A DNA stretch of 32,000 nucleotides from Pyrolobus fumarii 1A (lineage in GTDB: Archaea > Thermoproteota > Thermoprotei_A > Sulfolobales > Pyrodictiaceae), in the NCBI RefSeq assembly GCF_000223395.1, contig NC_015931.1:1650001-1682000 (forward strand), given 5' to 3'. The translations under genes were made by a program, and so were the position numbers. This document shows, piece after piece, positions 1 to 7,997 of the stretch. The number at the start of each line of letters is the position of its first letter. Position 1 is the stretch's first letter. Under the pieces are notes generated by a model that saw only the letters and a program-made list of their open reading frames with translations, searched no databases and was not told where the DNA came from.

Positions 1-128
1 GGGGTGATGCTGGCGCTAGGCACGACTATCATAGTCAAGCGGAGCATCTGACGACCCTAGCCGGGTGTTACTATCTCGCCGGTCGCCAGCCCCTACCCCT
101 CCCTAAGCTATACGCCCGGGCAGCCCCT

Positions 129-617
129 ATGCCAGCCTCGCAAACAGCAAGCAATGCAGTTAGTTTCGCTCACCCGGGTCCCCAGCCTGTACAGCCAGAG
201 CTCCTAGACCTACTGGTCGAGCTGGCAGCCACTAGTACAGGTGTAATCCGTGAATCGATCGAGGCGATACTCGACGACTACATCGTTGATTGGCTTGAGG
301 AGCTTCGGCCACTACCCTACATACCAAACCTTGTAGTCGAAGTCGCGGCGCGTAAGAACTGGGTGCCAGAACTAGTCGAGAAGCTGGGCGCCACGACTAT
401 AGTCGAGGCCATGAGCCTTGCGCTTCAAGCTGCGAGGAGCGAGCCAGGCGTATGCCAGACGCTCATACCGCAGCTTGTCCAGACCGAGGAGCTTTTGCTT
501 GAAGCGTCTGGCGTCGAGCCGGGCGAGGCCATAAGGAGTGTTATGGAGAGCAACGATTGTAAAGCCCACGCGGCCCTCCTCGCGGCACTAATAGCAGTTA
601 AGCCGATGAAGGGGTGA
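129..617 (+). CDS. hypothetical protein (162 aa), no recognisable domain
   Basis: This is the longest ORF in this stretch. Its stop (TGA 615-617) lies 3 nt before the ATG of the next same-strand ORF, suggesting an operon pair. A TATA-like CTATAC sits about 20 nt upstream. I can name no motif. Confidence 0.5.
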   Translation: MPASQTASNAVSFAHPGPQPVQPELLDLLVELAATSTGVIRESIEAILDDYIVDWLEELRPLPYIPNLVVEVAARKNWVPELVEKLGATTIVEAMSLALQAARSEPGVCQTLIPQLVQTEELLLEASGVEPGEAIRSVMESNDCKAHAALLAALIAVKPMKG

Positions 618-620
618 TGC

Positions 621-965
621 ATGGTGCTTGCGCTATCCTATGTCGTTGAGAAGCTGGCTGAAGCTGCTGCTAGGAGGGCATCCGGTCTAAGGTATGACAT
701 TGATGCGCTTGGGCTTGCGGGCGAGACTAAGAGAATGGCGGAGGAGGTTATCGAGAGTGTAGCCATGACGCTAGTGTTCGAGCGGAGAGGTCTTCTGAGA
801 TGCGCGGTTTGCAGCAAGGGACCCTTCACACGCAAAGGCCTCTACCTGCATCTCACTAGAGTGCACCGCGAGTTCATAGAAGAGCTTGTTCGTAAGGAGC
901 TAGAGGCTAGGCTATTGGGTAAAGGCGGGGGGTCTGGAGGGGCGGAGCACGCTCACCGGGCCTAA
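621..965 (+). CDS. small C2H2 zinc-finger protein (114 aa) with Gly-rich tail
   Basis: CAVCSKGPFTRKGLYLHLTRVH fits the classical C-x2-C-x12-H-x4-H zinc-finger spacing. The gene is tightly linked to the upstream ORF. Confidence 0.55.
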   Translation: MVLALSYVVEKLAEAAARRASGLRYDIDALGLAGETKRMAEEVIESVAMTLVFERRGLLRCAVCSKGPFTRKGLYLHLTRVHREFIEELVRKELEARLLGKGGGSGGAEHAHRA

Positions 966-1023
966 GCCCTCGCAATTGGAGTCTGTCTTCACACCCCGCG
1001 CGAACCTAGACACGTTAGAGGGG

Positions 1024-1031
1024 CTTTATCC
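1024..1031 (+). promoter_or_regulatory. TATA-like box (CTTTATCC) upstream of ORF 1053
   Basis: This A/T-rich octamer is centred about 25 nt upstream of the TTG at 1053, which fits an archaeal leaderless promoter. An ACACGTTA motif lies just upstream at 1010-1017. Confidence 0.25.
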
Positions 1032-1052
1032 TAACCACCCTGGTGCCGACAG

Positions 1053-1679
1053 TTGCGTGGATCGTGGTCACCTAGACGCTTGAAAGACGTTACAGCCTCC
1101 TCTCTAGTAGCTCTCCTCATAGACGTGACTTCGGGGCGCGTGGCGTCGCCAAAAAGCGAGGCGCTATTCGCGGGTATAGCGTTCCTCTATTCTACGTTGT
1201 GGCTCGGTAGAGGCGATCCACGCGAAGGTGCAGAAGCGCTCCGAGATGCCGCTGGGGGCCCACTGGATGGTGCAGTTGTAGCAAGGGCGACGATAGCAGG
1301 CTTGGCTGGTCTGCCTGGCCGTGAGGCATGGAGTCTAATCAGGGAGCTTATGGAGGGCAAGGTACCCCGTCATTGGATATCACAGCAGCTTATGGAGGCC
1401 TACGCGAGGTACAAGATAAACAAGATGCAAGTCATGAAGTGGTTTAGCGACCCCTCATCCATCCGAGTGCGTAGCTTTAACAGCGAGGTCGCCGAGCTAG
1501 CAGAGACCCTCCTGCGCCACAAGGATATGCTCGAGGAACTCGCCAGACTCGACTACAGGCGGTACGTGGAGGCTGGCAAGACACTATACCAGGTTGCCCG
1601 GAGGACGGTGGAGAGGTCACCCCGTTTCGTCGAGAGGATAGCAGGACGCGTTAGGAGGCTAATGCTATGGGGTCTATGA
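1053..1679 (+). CDS. hypothetical protein (208 aa)
   Basis: The ORF has a TTG start and protein-like helical sequence in its C-terminal half. I recognise no family. The start codon is uncertain. Confidence 0.45.
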   Translation: MRGSWSPRRLKDVTASSLVALLIDVTSGRVASPKSEALFAGIAFLYSTLWLGRGDPREGAEALRDAAGGPLDGAVVARATIAGLAGLPGREAWSLIRELMEGKVPRHWISQQLMEAYARYKINKMQVMKWFSDPSSIRVRSFNSEVAELAETLLRHKDMLEELARLDYRRYVEAGKTLYQVARRTVERSPRFVERIAGRVRRLMLWGL

Positions 1680-1685
1680 AAGAGT

Positions 1686-2126
1686 TTATGGAGCGTGCGT
1701 GAGAGGCTCGTGCAAAACCTCCATGAGCGCCTTCTCGAGCCTCCTAGCAGCTCTTCTCGCTGTTCTATCCCTCTTCGGGTAGACTATCACATAGCGCACC
1801 TTGCTTGCATTCGCCTCGACGCGCACCTCTAGGTTCTTGCTAAGCCTGGCCTCGAGCACAACAGCACGCCCATCATTCTCGATTATATACTCGCGTGTAA
1901 ACGCTTGCATGTTTAGATGCACATCCTCCGGCTCGATCCTCGAGGCCACCAGTGCACGCATGAACACCAAGAGTGCCGAGTTAAACGCCTTCCTTGCGGC
2001 CTCCTCGAGATCCTCCTCCAGTACTATCTCCTCCTCCTCGCCTTGCACCCTCGTTATCGCTACCGGCCCCGGCGCTGATATCACGATCTGCTCGTACTCG
2101 TTTCTGCGCGGGTATAGCTCACTCAC
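1686..2126 (-). CDS. hypothetical acidic protein (~147 aa; shortened from the 262-aa track ORF)
   Basis: The N-terminal 116 codons of track ORF 1686..2474 are low-complexity and overlap the divergent radical SAM gene. An in-frame GTG at 2126 starts a sensible protein (VSELYPRRNEYEQ...). No domain is recognised. Confidence 0.4.
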   Translation of the reverse strand: MSELYPRRNEYEQIVISAPGPVAITRVQGEEEEIVLEEDLEEAARKAFNSALLVFMRALVASRIEPEDVHLNMQAFTREYIIENDGRAVVLEARLSKNLEVRVEANASKVRYVIVYPKRDRTARRAARRLEKALMEVLHEPLTHAP

Positions 2127-2235
2127 CCCTGCTTCACCCTCCCCTGTATCCAGCCCGAACCCCGGGTAAAGGAGGTCTCCAAACCCTACCCCAATATAGT
2201 AGCGGGGGCAGAGGGCCCGCCAGAGGCCAGGTAGG

Positions 2236-3444
2236 GTGATACCGGTCTCTCCGCCACACTGGATGGTAGGGAGTGTAATGGGCAAGTGCCTGCTCTGCGG
2301 GCGCGAGGATAACACCATCAGTAGTGTTATTGGCGTGTGCGTCGAGTGTCTGAGGCGTAGGCCCAACGAGGCGCTGAGTAGGGCTATGCGCGTGCACAGC
2401 GAGTGGAGAAGCCGGGCTAAGCTACCCCTGGAACCTCTACGTACCGGTGGGATCCAGTGCAGTTTCTGCGTCAATAGGTGCGTGATAGGCGAGGGAGGCT
2501 ACGGGTACTGTGGTATCGTGTCCAACAGTGGAGGTAGACTTGTGCTTCGCCCCGGCCTGTACTCCGAGAAGCTATCCATGCATGCTGTTGTGAGTTGGTA
2601 TCTCGACCCGCATCCGACAAACTGTGTTGCAGCGCCGGTATGCCCGGCTAACACTGGCGCCGGGTACCCCCGCTGGACGAACACACATGGCGTCGAGCGC
2701 GGCATGTACAACCTTGCAGTGTTCTTCGCTGGCTGTGGTCTTGATTGCCTCTACTGTCAGAACTGGGAGCATAAAACGATGCTAACGAGGAGAGAAACCA
2801 TAGTCTCCAGCTCCAGGAGCGTAGAGGAGCTAGTAGAGGCTGCAATGGACCCAAGTGTAACATGCGTCTGTTTCTTCGGGGGTGACCCGACGCCGCACGC
2901 ACCGTGGGTGCTAAGGGCAGCGAGAGCGATTCGTGAAGAAGCTAGGAGGAGAGGCCTCGTTAAGCGGGTATGCTGGGAGACAAATGGTATCGCGAACCCA
3001 GCGATTATGAGAGAGATGGCCCGGTTGAGCCTAGATACCGGCGGCATAGTCAAGATAGACGTGAAGGCTTGGACCCCTAGCGTCTACAAGGCGCTCACCG
3101 GTGTTGATGCAGCGCAGCGTGTAAGAGAGAATGTGAAGCTAGTCGCAGAGATGTGGCTAGAGGCGGGTAAGCCGGAGCCGCCCTTACTAGTAACGAGTCT
3201 CCTCCTAGTACCTGGCTATGTGGACCTTGAGGAGGTGAGGGGTTGGGCAGAGTACCTCGCCTCGATAGACCCCGACATACCCTTCATCCTGCTAGCCTTC
3301 CACCCGGATCACTTGTTGCGAGACTTGCCGCCCACGAGTAAGGAGCATGCAGTTAAGGCTGCAAGGATAGCCAAGGAGGCGGGCCTACGTAGAGTATTTA
3401 TCGGCAACTCATGGCTCCTAGGCGAGTGGTACAACGTAGACTAG
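2236..3444 (+). CDS. radical SAM enzyme, PFL-activase / AmmeMemoRadiSam-like
   Basis: It contains the CGLDCLYCQNWEH motif (CX3CX2C followed by QNW) and N-terminal Cys pairs (CLLCG...CVECL, CSFCVNRC). Length fits the family. The start may be the GTG at 2236 or the ATG at 2278 (MGKCLLCG). Confidence 0.75.
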   Translation: MIPVSPPHWMVGSVMGKCLLCGREDNTISSVIGVCVECLRRRPNEALSRAMRVHSEWRSRAKLPLEPLRTGGIQCSFCVNRCVIGEGGYGYCGIVSNSGGRLVLRPGLYSEKLSMHAVVSWYLDPHPTNCVAAPVCPANTGAGYPRWTNTHGVERGMYNLAVFFAGCGLDCLYCQNWEHKTMLTRRETIVSSSRSVEELVEAAMDPSVTCVCFFGGDPTPHAPWVLRAARAIREEARRRGLVKRVCWETNGIANPAIMREMARLSLDTGGIVKIDVKAWTPSVYKALTGVDAAQRVRENVKLVAEMWLEAGKPEPPLLVTSLLLVPGYVDLEEVRGWAEYLASIDPDIPFILLAFHPDHLLRDLPPTSKEHAVKAARIAKEAGLRRVFIGNSWLLGEWYNVD

Positions 3445-3603
3445 GACTAGATTGTGATTGTTGACGTTGTGAGGGCCAGGGGTGTAGGCATAAGGGGCCG
3501 CACAGCGGCGGCATGGCTTGACGCGTCCCGAGATAACACAAGGTGGCCCAGGTGGATCGAGCTGTGGGCGCACCCCGTGTACATCCCGAAACATCTGGTG
3601 CTC

Positions 3604-4647
3604 CTACCTGCCCTTAGACCATTTACTCATGGCTTCCTGTGCCATGCGTCTGGCGGCCTCGGGTAGAGCTTGTAGACGCTCCTCGCTAAGCTTCAATATG
3701 CCGAGCTCCAAGCGAAGCTGGCACGCTCTGCAAATTGGGTGTGCCGATGGTTCGCCGCATATGGCACAGGTGTAGGGCCCCTCTTCCTCCTCGCCGCTAG
3801 TTGACACCTTGCCACACTTCTCCAGGATTTCTATCGCTGTTTGTAGGCTGCGGAGAAGAGAGTACTTGACGCCGGGTGTCCGCTCCTCAAGCTCGTTAAG
3901 CATTCTCCTCACTTGCCAGCGTACACCTAGTCTAGCGTACGGGCACTCCTCGAACCCCGTGTACAACCCGTTTAGCACGGCATAGATGGTAGTCTCCTTC
4001 TCTAGAACCTCGTAGAACGGCTTCACCTTCCTAACGAACTTCGGGTGTTGGCCGGGCCCGGAGACGGGGCCAAGCCTTGCAATCTTGTCCCAACTATTGC
4101 TAAGCACGTTCATCATGTAAGTCTGTATTATGTCGTCAAGGTTGTGGCCTGTCGCGACTACAGTCGCACCCATTTCTCTCGCGGCCTTGTTCATAAGGTA
4201 GCGGCGAAGGACACCACAGTATGTGCACGGCAGGTAGGGTAGGCCACGCTCCTTACCAATCTTCACTATCTCGTCAAGCGTGTAGCCCACTTCATCCTTG
4301 AACCGGACTATACGGTACTCAACGCTGTGCTCCTCGACGAATCGGAGAAACCTCTCTACCGTGTACTCACGGTACCCGCGTATACCCTCGTCTACGAGTA
4401 GCGCTGTTATCTTCCATCCAGGTGCGCGTCGTGATAGGCGGAGTAGGTAGTGGAGTAGTGACATTGAATCCTTGCCGCCGGACACTGCAACCGCTATCCT
4501 ATCATGAGGATTGAAGAGGCGATAGCGTCGTATAGTCCTACGCACTTTCCGGTCAAAGTACTCGAGAAAGTGCTTCTCGCACAGAGCCATACCAGACGCT
4601 CGCATCACGTATATCGCGGGTCTGCCGCAGACGCTGCACTTAGCCAC
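3604..4647 (-). CDS. PP-loop tRNA 2-thiolation enzyme, TtuA/Ncs6 family
   Basis: It has the SGGKDS PP-loop, an N-terminal CxxC...C zinc finger (KCSVCGRPA...CEKHF), a PCTYCG Fe-S-type Cys motif and a C-terminal CAICG...CRAC finger. I chose the GTG at 4647, which overlaps the upstream ThiS-like stop by 8 nt (GTGGCTAA). Confidence 0.85.
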   Translation of the reverse strand: MAKCSVCGRPAIYVMRASGMALCEKHFLEYFDRKVRRTIRRYRLFNPHDRIAVAVSGGKDSMSLLHYLLRLSRRAPGWKITALLVDEGIRGYREYTVERFLRFVEEHSVEYRIVRFKDEVGYTLDEIVKIGKERGLPYLPCTYCGVLRRYLMNKAAREMGATVVATGHNLDDIIQTYMMNVLSNSWDKIARLGPVSGPGQHPKFVRKVKPFYEVLEKETTIYAVLNGLYTGFEECPYARLGVRWQVRRMLNELEERTPGVKYSLLRSLQTAIEILEKCGKVSTSGEEEEGPYTCAICGEPSAHPICRACQLRLELGILKLSEERLQALPEAARRMAQEAMSKWSKGR

Positions 4648-4846
4648 CCGACACCACCGGGTAGAGCACAAGCTCGTCGCCATCAGTTACAAGCTCATCC
4701 TCAGCCACAACCCTCCCATTCTTGGTGACGACATACTCCGTCGAGAGCAGCTCCGCCGCACGAAGCACATCCGCTACTCGAGCGCCATTATCAACCTCTA
4801 CCTCCTTCACTTCGCCGCCGAGTATACGGACCCTGACACGAGGCAA
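4640..4846 (-). CDS. ThiS/MoaD-like ubiquitin-fold sulfur carrier (TtuB/SAMP-like), C-terminal Gly-Gly
   Basis: This 68-aa protein ends ...LYPVVSGG followed by the stop codon. A strong GGAGGAGGTG Shine-Dalgarno lies 6 nt upstream of the TTG start. The gene sits directly upstream of the thiolase and overlaps it. Confidence 0.75.
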   Translation of the reverse strand: MPRVRVRILGGEVKEVEVDNGARVADVLRAAELLSTEYVVTKNGRVVAEDELVTDGDELVLYPVVSGG

Positions 4847-5057
4847 ATGCTACACCTCCTCCGGCGCCTCCCCAGGCAACTACTTGCAAGCGATACGCGA
4901 AATCCCGTCTAAATCCTTCGGCGTAACGGCCACTCAACAGCTCGTTAGTCTGCATGACCCGCCCGCAGGGAACTAATCAGGCGTGGCGCTTGGCTTCTGG
5001 TGTGTAAGGTGTGTAGAGAGTACCTTGTTAACCTGGTTGGTTGGAGAGTCAAGAAAC

Positions 5058-5124
5058 GGCGATGAGGCTTTACAGCCGATCGGACCGGGTTGCCCGGTGT
5101 GAAGAGTTTCGCCCCTCCCGAGCC
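5058..5124 (+). ncRNA. candidate box C/D sRNA (element E)
   Basis: Layout:
- Terminal stem GGC (5058-5060) pairs with GCC (5122-5124).
- Box C is AUGAGGC (5062-5068), followed by a 12-nt spacer.
- D' is CGGA (5081-5084), followed by the hairpin CCGGG-UUG-CCCGG.
- C' is GUGAAGA (5099-5105), followed by a 12-nt spacer.
- Box D is CCGA (5118-5121).
A TATA-like TTGTTAACC lies at 5025-5033. Confidence 0.5.
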
Positions 5125-6012
5125 TCAAAGATCCACCTCGATGAAGAGGTTGTTTACGATGTCCTTGTACCGGTTCCTTATTGTCGCATCGGTTATCCCG
5201 GCTGCCTTGGCTATGTCCATCTGGTTCCTCTTCTGGTCGAGTAGTATCGACGATAGGTAGACCGCGGCGGCTGCGAGGCCTAGAGGCGGCTTGCCTTGCG
5301 TCAAGCCGCGCTGGCGTAGCGCGTTAAGCAGTCTAGCTGCGAGTATCTCGACAGCAGGGTTGAGGCCAAGTTTCTCGGTGAGCTTGGGGACCGTCTGGGC
5401 AGGGTCTGGAGGCTTAACGTGAACGCCAAGGCTCATTACTAGCTCCCTATAGGCTCGCGCCACTCTAGCGGCATCCAGGCCAAGCCTCTCTGCCGCCTCG
5501 CGTATCGATAGGCTCGGGCCGCCAGCTATACGAGCGGCGGCCACTATTATCGCCGCCATCCACTCCCTTAGCCTCTTTCCACCAACCCTCCTCATCACCT
5601 TCTTGGATAGTGCTTTGCGCAGGAGCACAGCCGCTGTGTCAATAACGTGGCTCGGCACGCCAAGTATACCAGCAACCTCGTTAAGCTCCTGGAAAGCCTC
5701 TACTTCACTCTCGTGCTTCTCTACCCTCAACCTGGCTTGGAGCGCGGCTAGCTTACGGAACCTTGGGTCTCTTGTGGGTTGCATAACGGTATAGACGCCG
5801 CGGTCGTGGAACCTCTCTGTTAGTGGTGCACCGACTCTACTCCTGGTGATGTGCTCCTCTGCGTTGAAAGCTCTCCACTCGGGGCCAGAGTCGAGGGGTT
5901 GATCATCAATAACATGGCCATGGCTACACACTAAGTAGCCTTCGGGGGACCTCATTAGAGGTGCGCCACACACGGGACATTGACCGAGTGCACCGACCTC
6001 TCCCACATTCAC
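5125..6012 (-). CDS. tfb: transcription initiation factor B (TFB/TFIIB)
   Basis: It has an N-terminal zinc ribbon (CPVCGAPL...CSHGH) and two cyclin-fold repeats, with the typical C-terminal ...GITDATIRNRYK helix-turn-helix. The GTG start overlaps the gar1 stop (GTGA). Confidence 0.95.
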   Translation of the reverse strand: MNVGEVGALGQCPVCGAPLMRSPEGYLVCSHGHVIDDQPLDSGPEWRAFNAEEHITRSRVGAPLTERFHDRGVYTVMQPTRDPRFRKLAALQARLRVEKHESEVEAFQELNEVAGILGVPSHVIDTAAVLLRKALSKKVMRRVGGKRLREWMAAIIVAAARIAGGPSLSIREAAERLGLDAARVARAYRELVMSLGVHVKPPDPAQTVPKLTEKLGLNPAVEILAARLLNALRQRGLTQGKPPLGLAAAAVYLSSILLDQKRNQMDIAKAAGITDATIRNRYKDIVNNLFIEVDL

Positions 6013-6371
6013 CCTTTGCCACCTCTACGACGTTCTCCCGCCCCGCCAGGGGCGCGACGACCACCCTTCCCCCTCCTCCCCGAGGGCCTCCCGCCTCCCC
6101 TCCTCTTCCTCCTGCGCGGGGGCCTCGGGGGCACGTAGTACAGCTCCTCGCCGCTCTTCACAGTCTTGAGTATCTCCTTGCTCTCCGGCTTCACTACTAT
6201 CAGCGGGTTGTCCACCGGCCCTATCACATCCAGTATCGTCCCGTACTTCTTGCGCAGCTCTCTATCGTATACTGGTATGCCGAGCGGTGGCAACTGCTTA
6301 GTATCCTCTGGCTTTACCACTATGTAGCCATTCCTGGTTGCGTGCAGCACCACACCTAGCTTGCGCACCAA
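6009..6371 (-). CDS. gar1: H/ACA RNP protein Gar1 with Arg/Gly-rich C-terminal tail
   Basis: The Gar1 core sequence is GVVLHATRNGYIVVK...PVYD...GTILDVIGPVDNPLIVVKP. Gar1-tfb synteny is conserved. The start is TTG or GTG at 6371 or 6368. Confidence 0.85.
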   Translation of the reverse strand: MVRKLGVVLHATRNGYIVVKPEDTKQLPPLGIPVYDRELRKKYGTILDVIGPVDNPLIVVKPESKEILKTVKSGEELYYVPPRPPRRRKRRGGGRPSGRRGKGGRRAPGGAGERRRGGKG

Positions 6372-6602
6372 CCTCTAGCCCCTGGCGGGGCGGTGCCACT
6401 CGGGTGTTATCCAGTTCTTCCTCTAGACACTAGGAGCCTAGTAGTACCGGCGGTCACACCGAGCGGATGGTAGTACTGGGGGTAAGACAAGAGTCGGTGT
6501 TGATGCGCCCGCCTTAACGCGTCATTGAGTAGTGTGATAGTAGCTCCTCGACCCTCCATTAAAAGAGGGTGTAGTAGGCACGTAAGGCACCGGGGTAGGC
6601 TC

Positions 6603-7997
6603 GTGACAGACCCTGGCAGGAGGAAGACTCTTGCAATCCTAGGCGGTATCGGTGCAGCGATTGCAGCCGGCTACCTTCTGGGTAGGCTTGGCGGCGGTAC
6701 ACCCTCACCAACAACTACAAGCACCGTCAGAGAGGCGCTCGAGACTGCAGTCGAGAAAGCCGGTCTAGAGCCTCTCAAGGCGTTCTGGGTGTATGTCGGC
6801 CCCGTTGGTGACATGGGGTGGAGTTACGAGCACGACCAGGGTAGGAAGTATGTCGAGGAGGTGCTCGGCAAGAAGCTTGTTGAGACGGGCTACGTGGAGC
6901 AGGTGCCCGAGGACCGTGTAGGCCAGGTTATCGACGACGCCGTTGCTAAGGGTAACAAGCTCATCTTTACGACCAGTTTCGGGTACATGGATCCAACTAA
7001 CAGGAAGGCTGGCCAGTACCCGGATGTCCTCTTCGGCCACTGTTCTGGGTACAAGAGGCTATACCCGAATGTTGTGACATACTTCGCTGAAGCGTATCAA
7101 GCGTACTACCTGAACGGTATACTGGCAGGCGCGATGACCAAGACGGGTAAGGTGGGTTACGTAGCTGCGCACTTCATACCAGAGGTTATCCGTCACATTA
7201 ATGCATTCGCCTTGGGCGTTCGTGAGGGTGCGAAGCTTGTAGGCAGGAACCCCAATGAGGTCAAGGTGATAGTGCGTGGTCCTCTGGGTGCCTGGTTCGC
7301 CCCTGACAAGGCCAGGGCTGAAGCCGAGGTCCTCATAAGCCAGGGTGTTGACGTGATAGCGTTCACCGAGGACTCGACAGCCATAGTTACAACCATAGCT
7401 GAGTACTACACGCAGGGTAAGAGAGTCTACACCTTCAGCCACTACAGCGACATGAGGAGGATACTGGAGGGTGATGCCCGTAACGCGGTGCTAGCGGGCC
7501 AGATCGTAGACTGGGGTCCGCTATACCTAGAGCTAGTGATACGCGCTATTCTTGCCCGTCTCGTGAACCCCGAGAAGCCGGGCAACACTGACATCTGGAG
7601 CGACTTCCCACCAGCGACACCGAGAGACTACTGGTGGGACATGAGGATGGGCGTCTTCGACATAGCGCCGCCCAGAGAGTCTCGCGCCGCCTATGTCAAG
7701 AAGTGTGGACGCATACCGGACGTCTACGACGAGCGTAACGAGCTGAAAGAGTACATGGGCTGCCTACGCGAGGTTGAGGAGGAGATCATACGCGAATACA
7801 TAAGCAAGGATGTGCCAGAGGAGGTGCTAGAGTACGTACTGAAGAGGAGGCGTGAGATACTCGACGGCAGCTGGGACCCATTCACCGGGCCAATACGTGA
7901 CTCCACTGGCCGCGTGAGGATACCGGAGGGGATGAGAGCAAGCCACGACCAGCTGTGGAACATGGACTGGTTCGTTGAGGGGGTTGTGAAGGCGTAA
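6603..7997 (+). CDS. BMP-family (PnrA-like) ABC transporter substrate-binding protein
   Basis: FWVYVGPVGDMGWSYEHDQG and GYV...P.V....NAF..G are typical of the basic-membrane-protein / nucleoside-binding family. The N-terminus (GRRKTLAILGGIGAAIAAGYLL) is a Tat-like or signal-anchor segment, followed by a Thr/Pro linker. The start is uncertain: the track gives TTG 6525; I prefer the in-frame GTG at 6603. Confidence 0.8.
   Translation: MTDPGRRKTLAILGGIGAAIAAGYLLGRLGGGTPSPTTTSTVREALETAVEKAGLEPLKAFWVYVGPVGDMGWSYEHDQGRKYVEEVLGKKLVETGYVEQVPEDRVGQVIDDAVAKGNKLIFTTSFGYMDPTNRKAGQYPDVLFGHCSGYKRLYPNVVTYFAEAYQAYYLNGILAGAMTKTGKVGYVAAHFIPEVIRHINAFALGVREGAKLVGRNPNEVKVIVRGPLGAWFAPDKARAEAEVLISQGVDVIAFTEDSTAIVTTIAEYYTQGKRVYTFSHYSDMRRILEGDARNAVLAGQIVDWGPLYLELVIRAILARLVNPEKPGNTDIWSDFPPATPRDYWWDMRMGVFDIAPPRESRAAYVKKCGRIPDVYDERNELKEYMGCLREVEEEIIREYISKDVPEEVLEYVLKRRREILDGSWDPFTGPIRDSTGRVRIPEGMRASHDQLWNMDWFVEGVVKA

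Noticed and set aside
1-51. The window starts with GGGGTGATGC, identical to 611-620 (the ORF1 stop / ORF2 start junction), followed by loosely similar sequence and a stop at 49-51. This might be a tandem paralogous module.
   Set aside because: Only 10 nt are identical and the rest aligns poorly. The upstream context is outside the window, so it cannot be evaluated.
2127-2474. N-terminal 116 codons of track ORF 1686..2474 (-), and the alternative ORFs 1801..2169 +, 1994..2239 + and 2134..2397 -.
   Set aside because: The extension is low-complexity and overlaps the divergent radical SAM gene start. A GTG at 2126 gives a compact protein. The others are composition-driven.
3469-3531. GUGAGGG at 3469-3475 and CCGA at 3528-3531 in the convergent spacer between the radical SAM and thiolase genes.
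   Set aside because: No D' or C' box lies at the expected positions, the C-to-D distance is too long, and there is no terminal stem.
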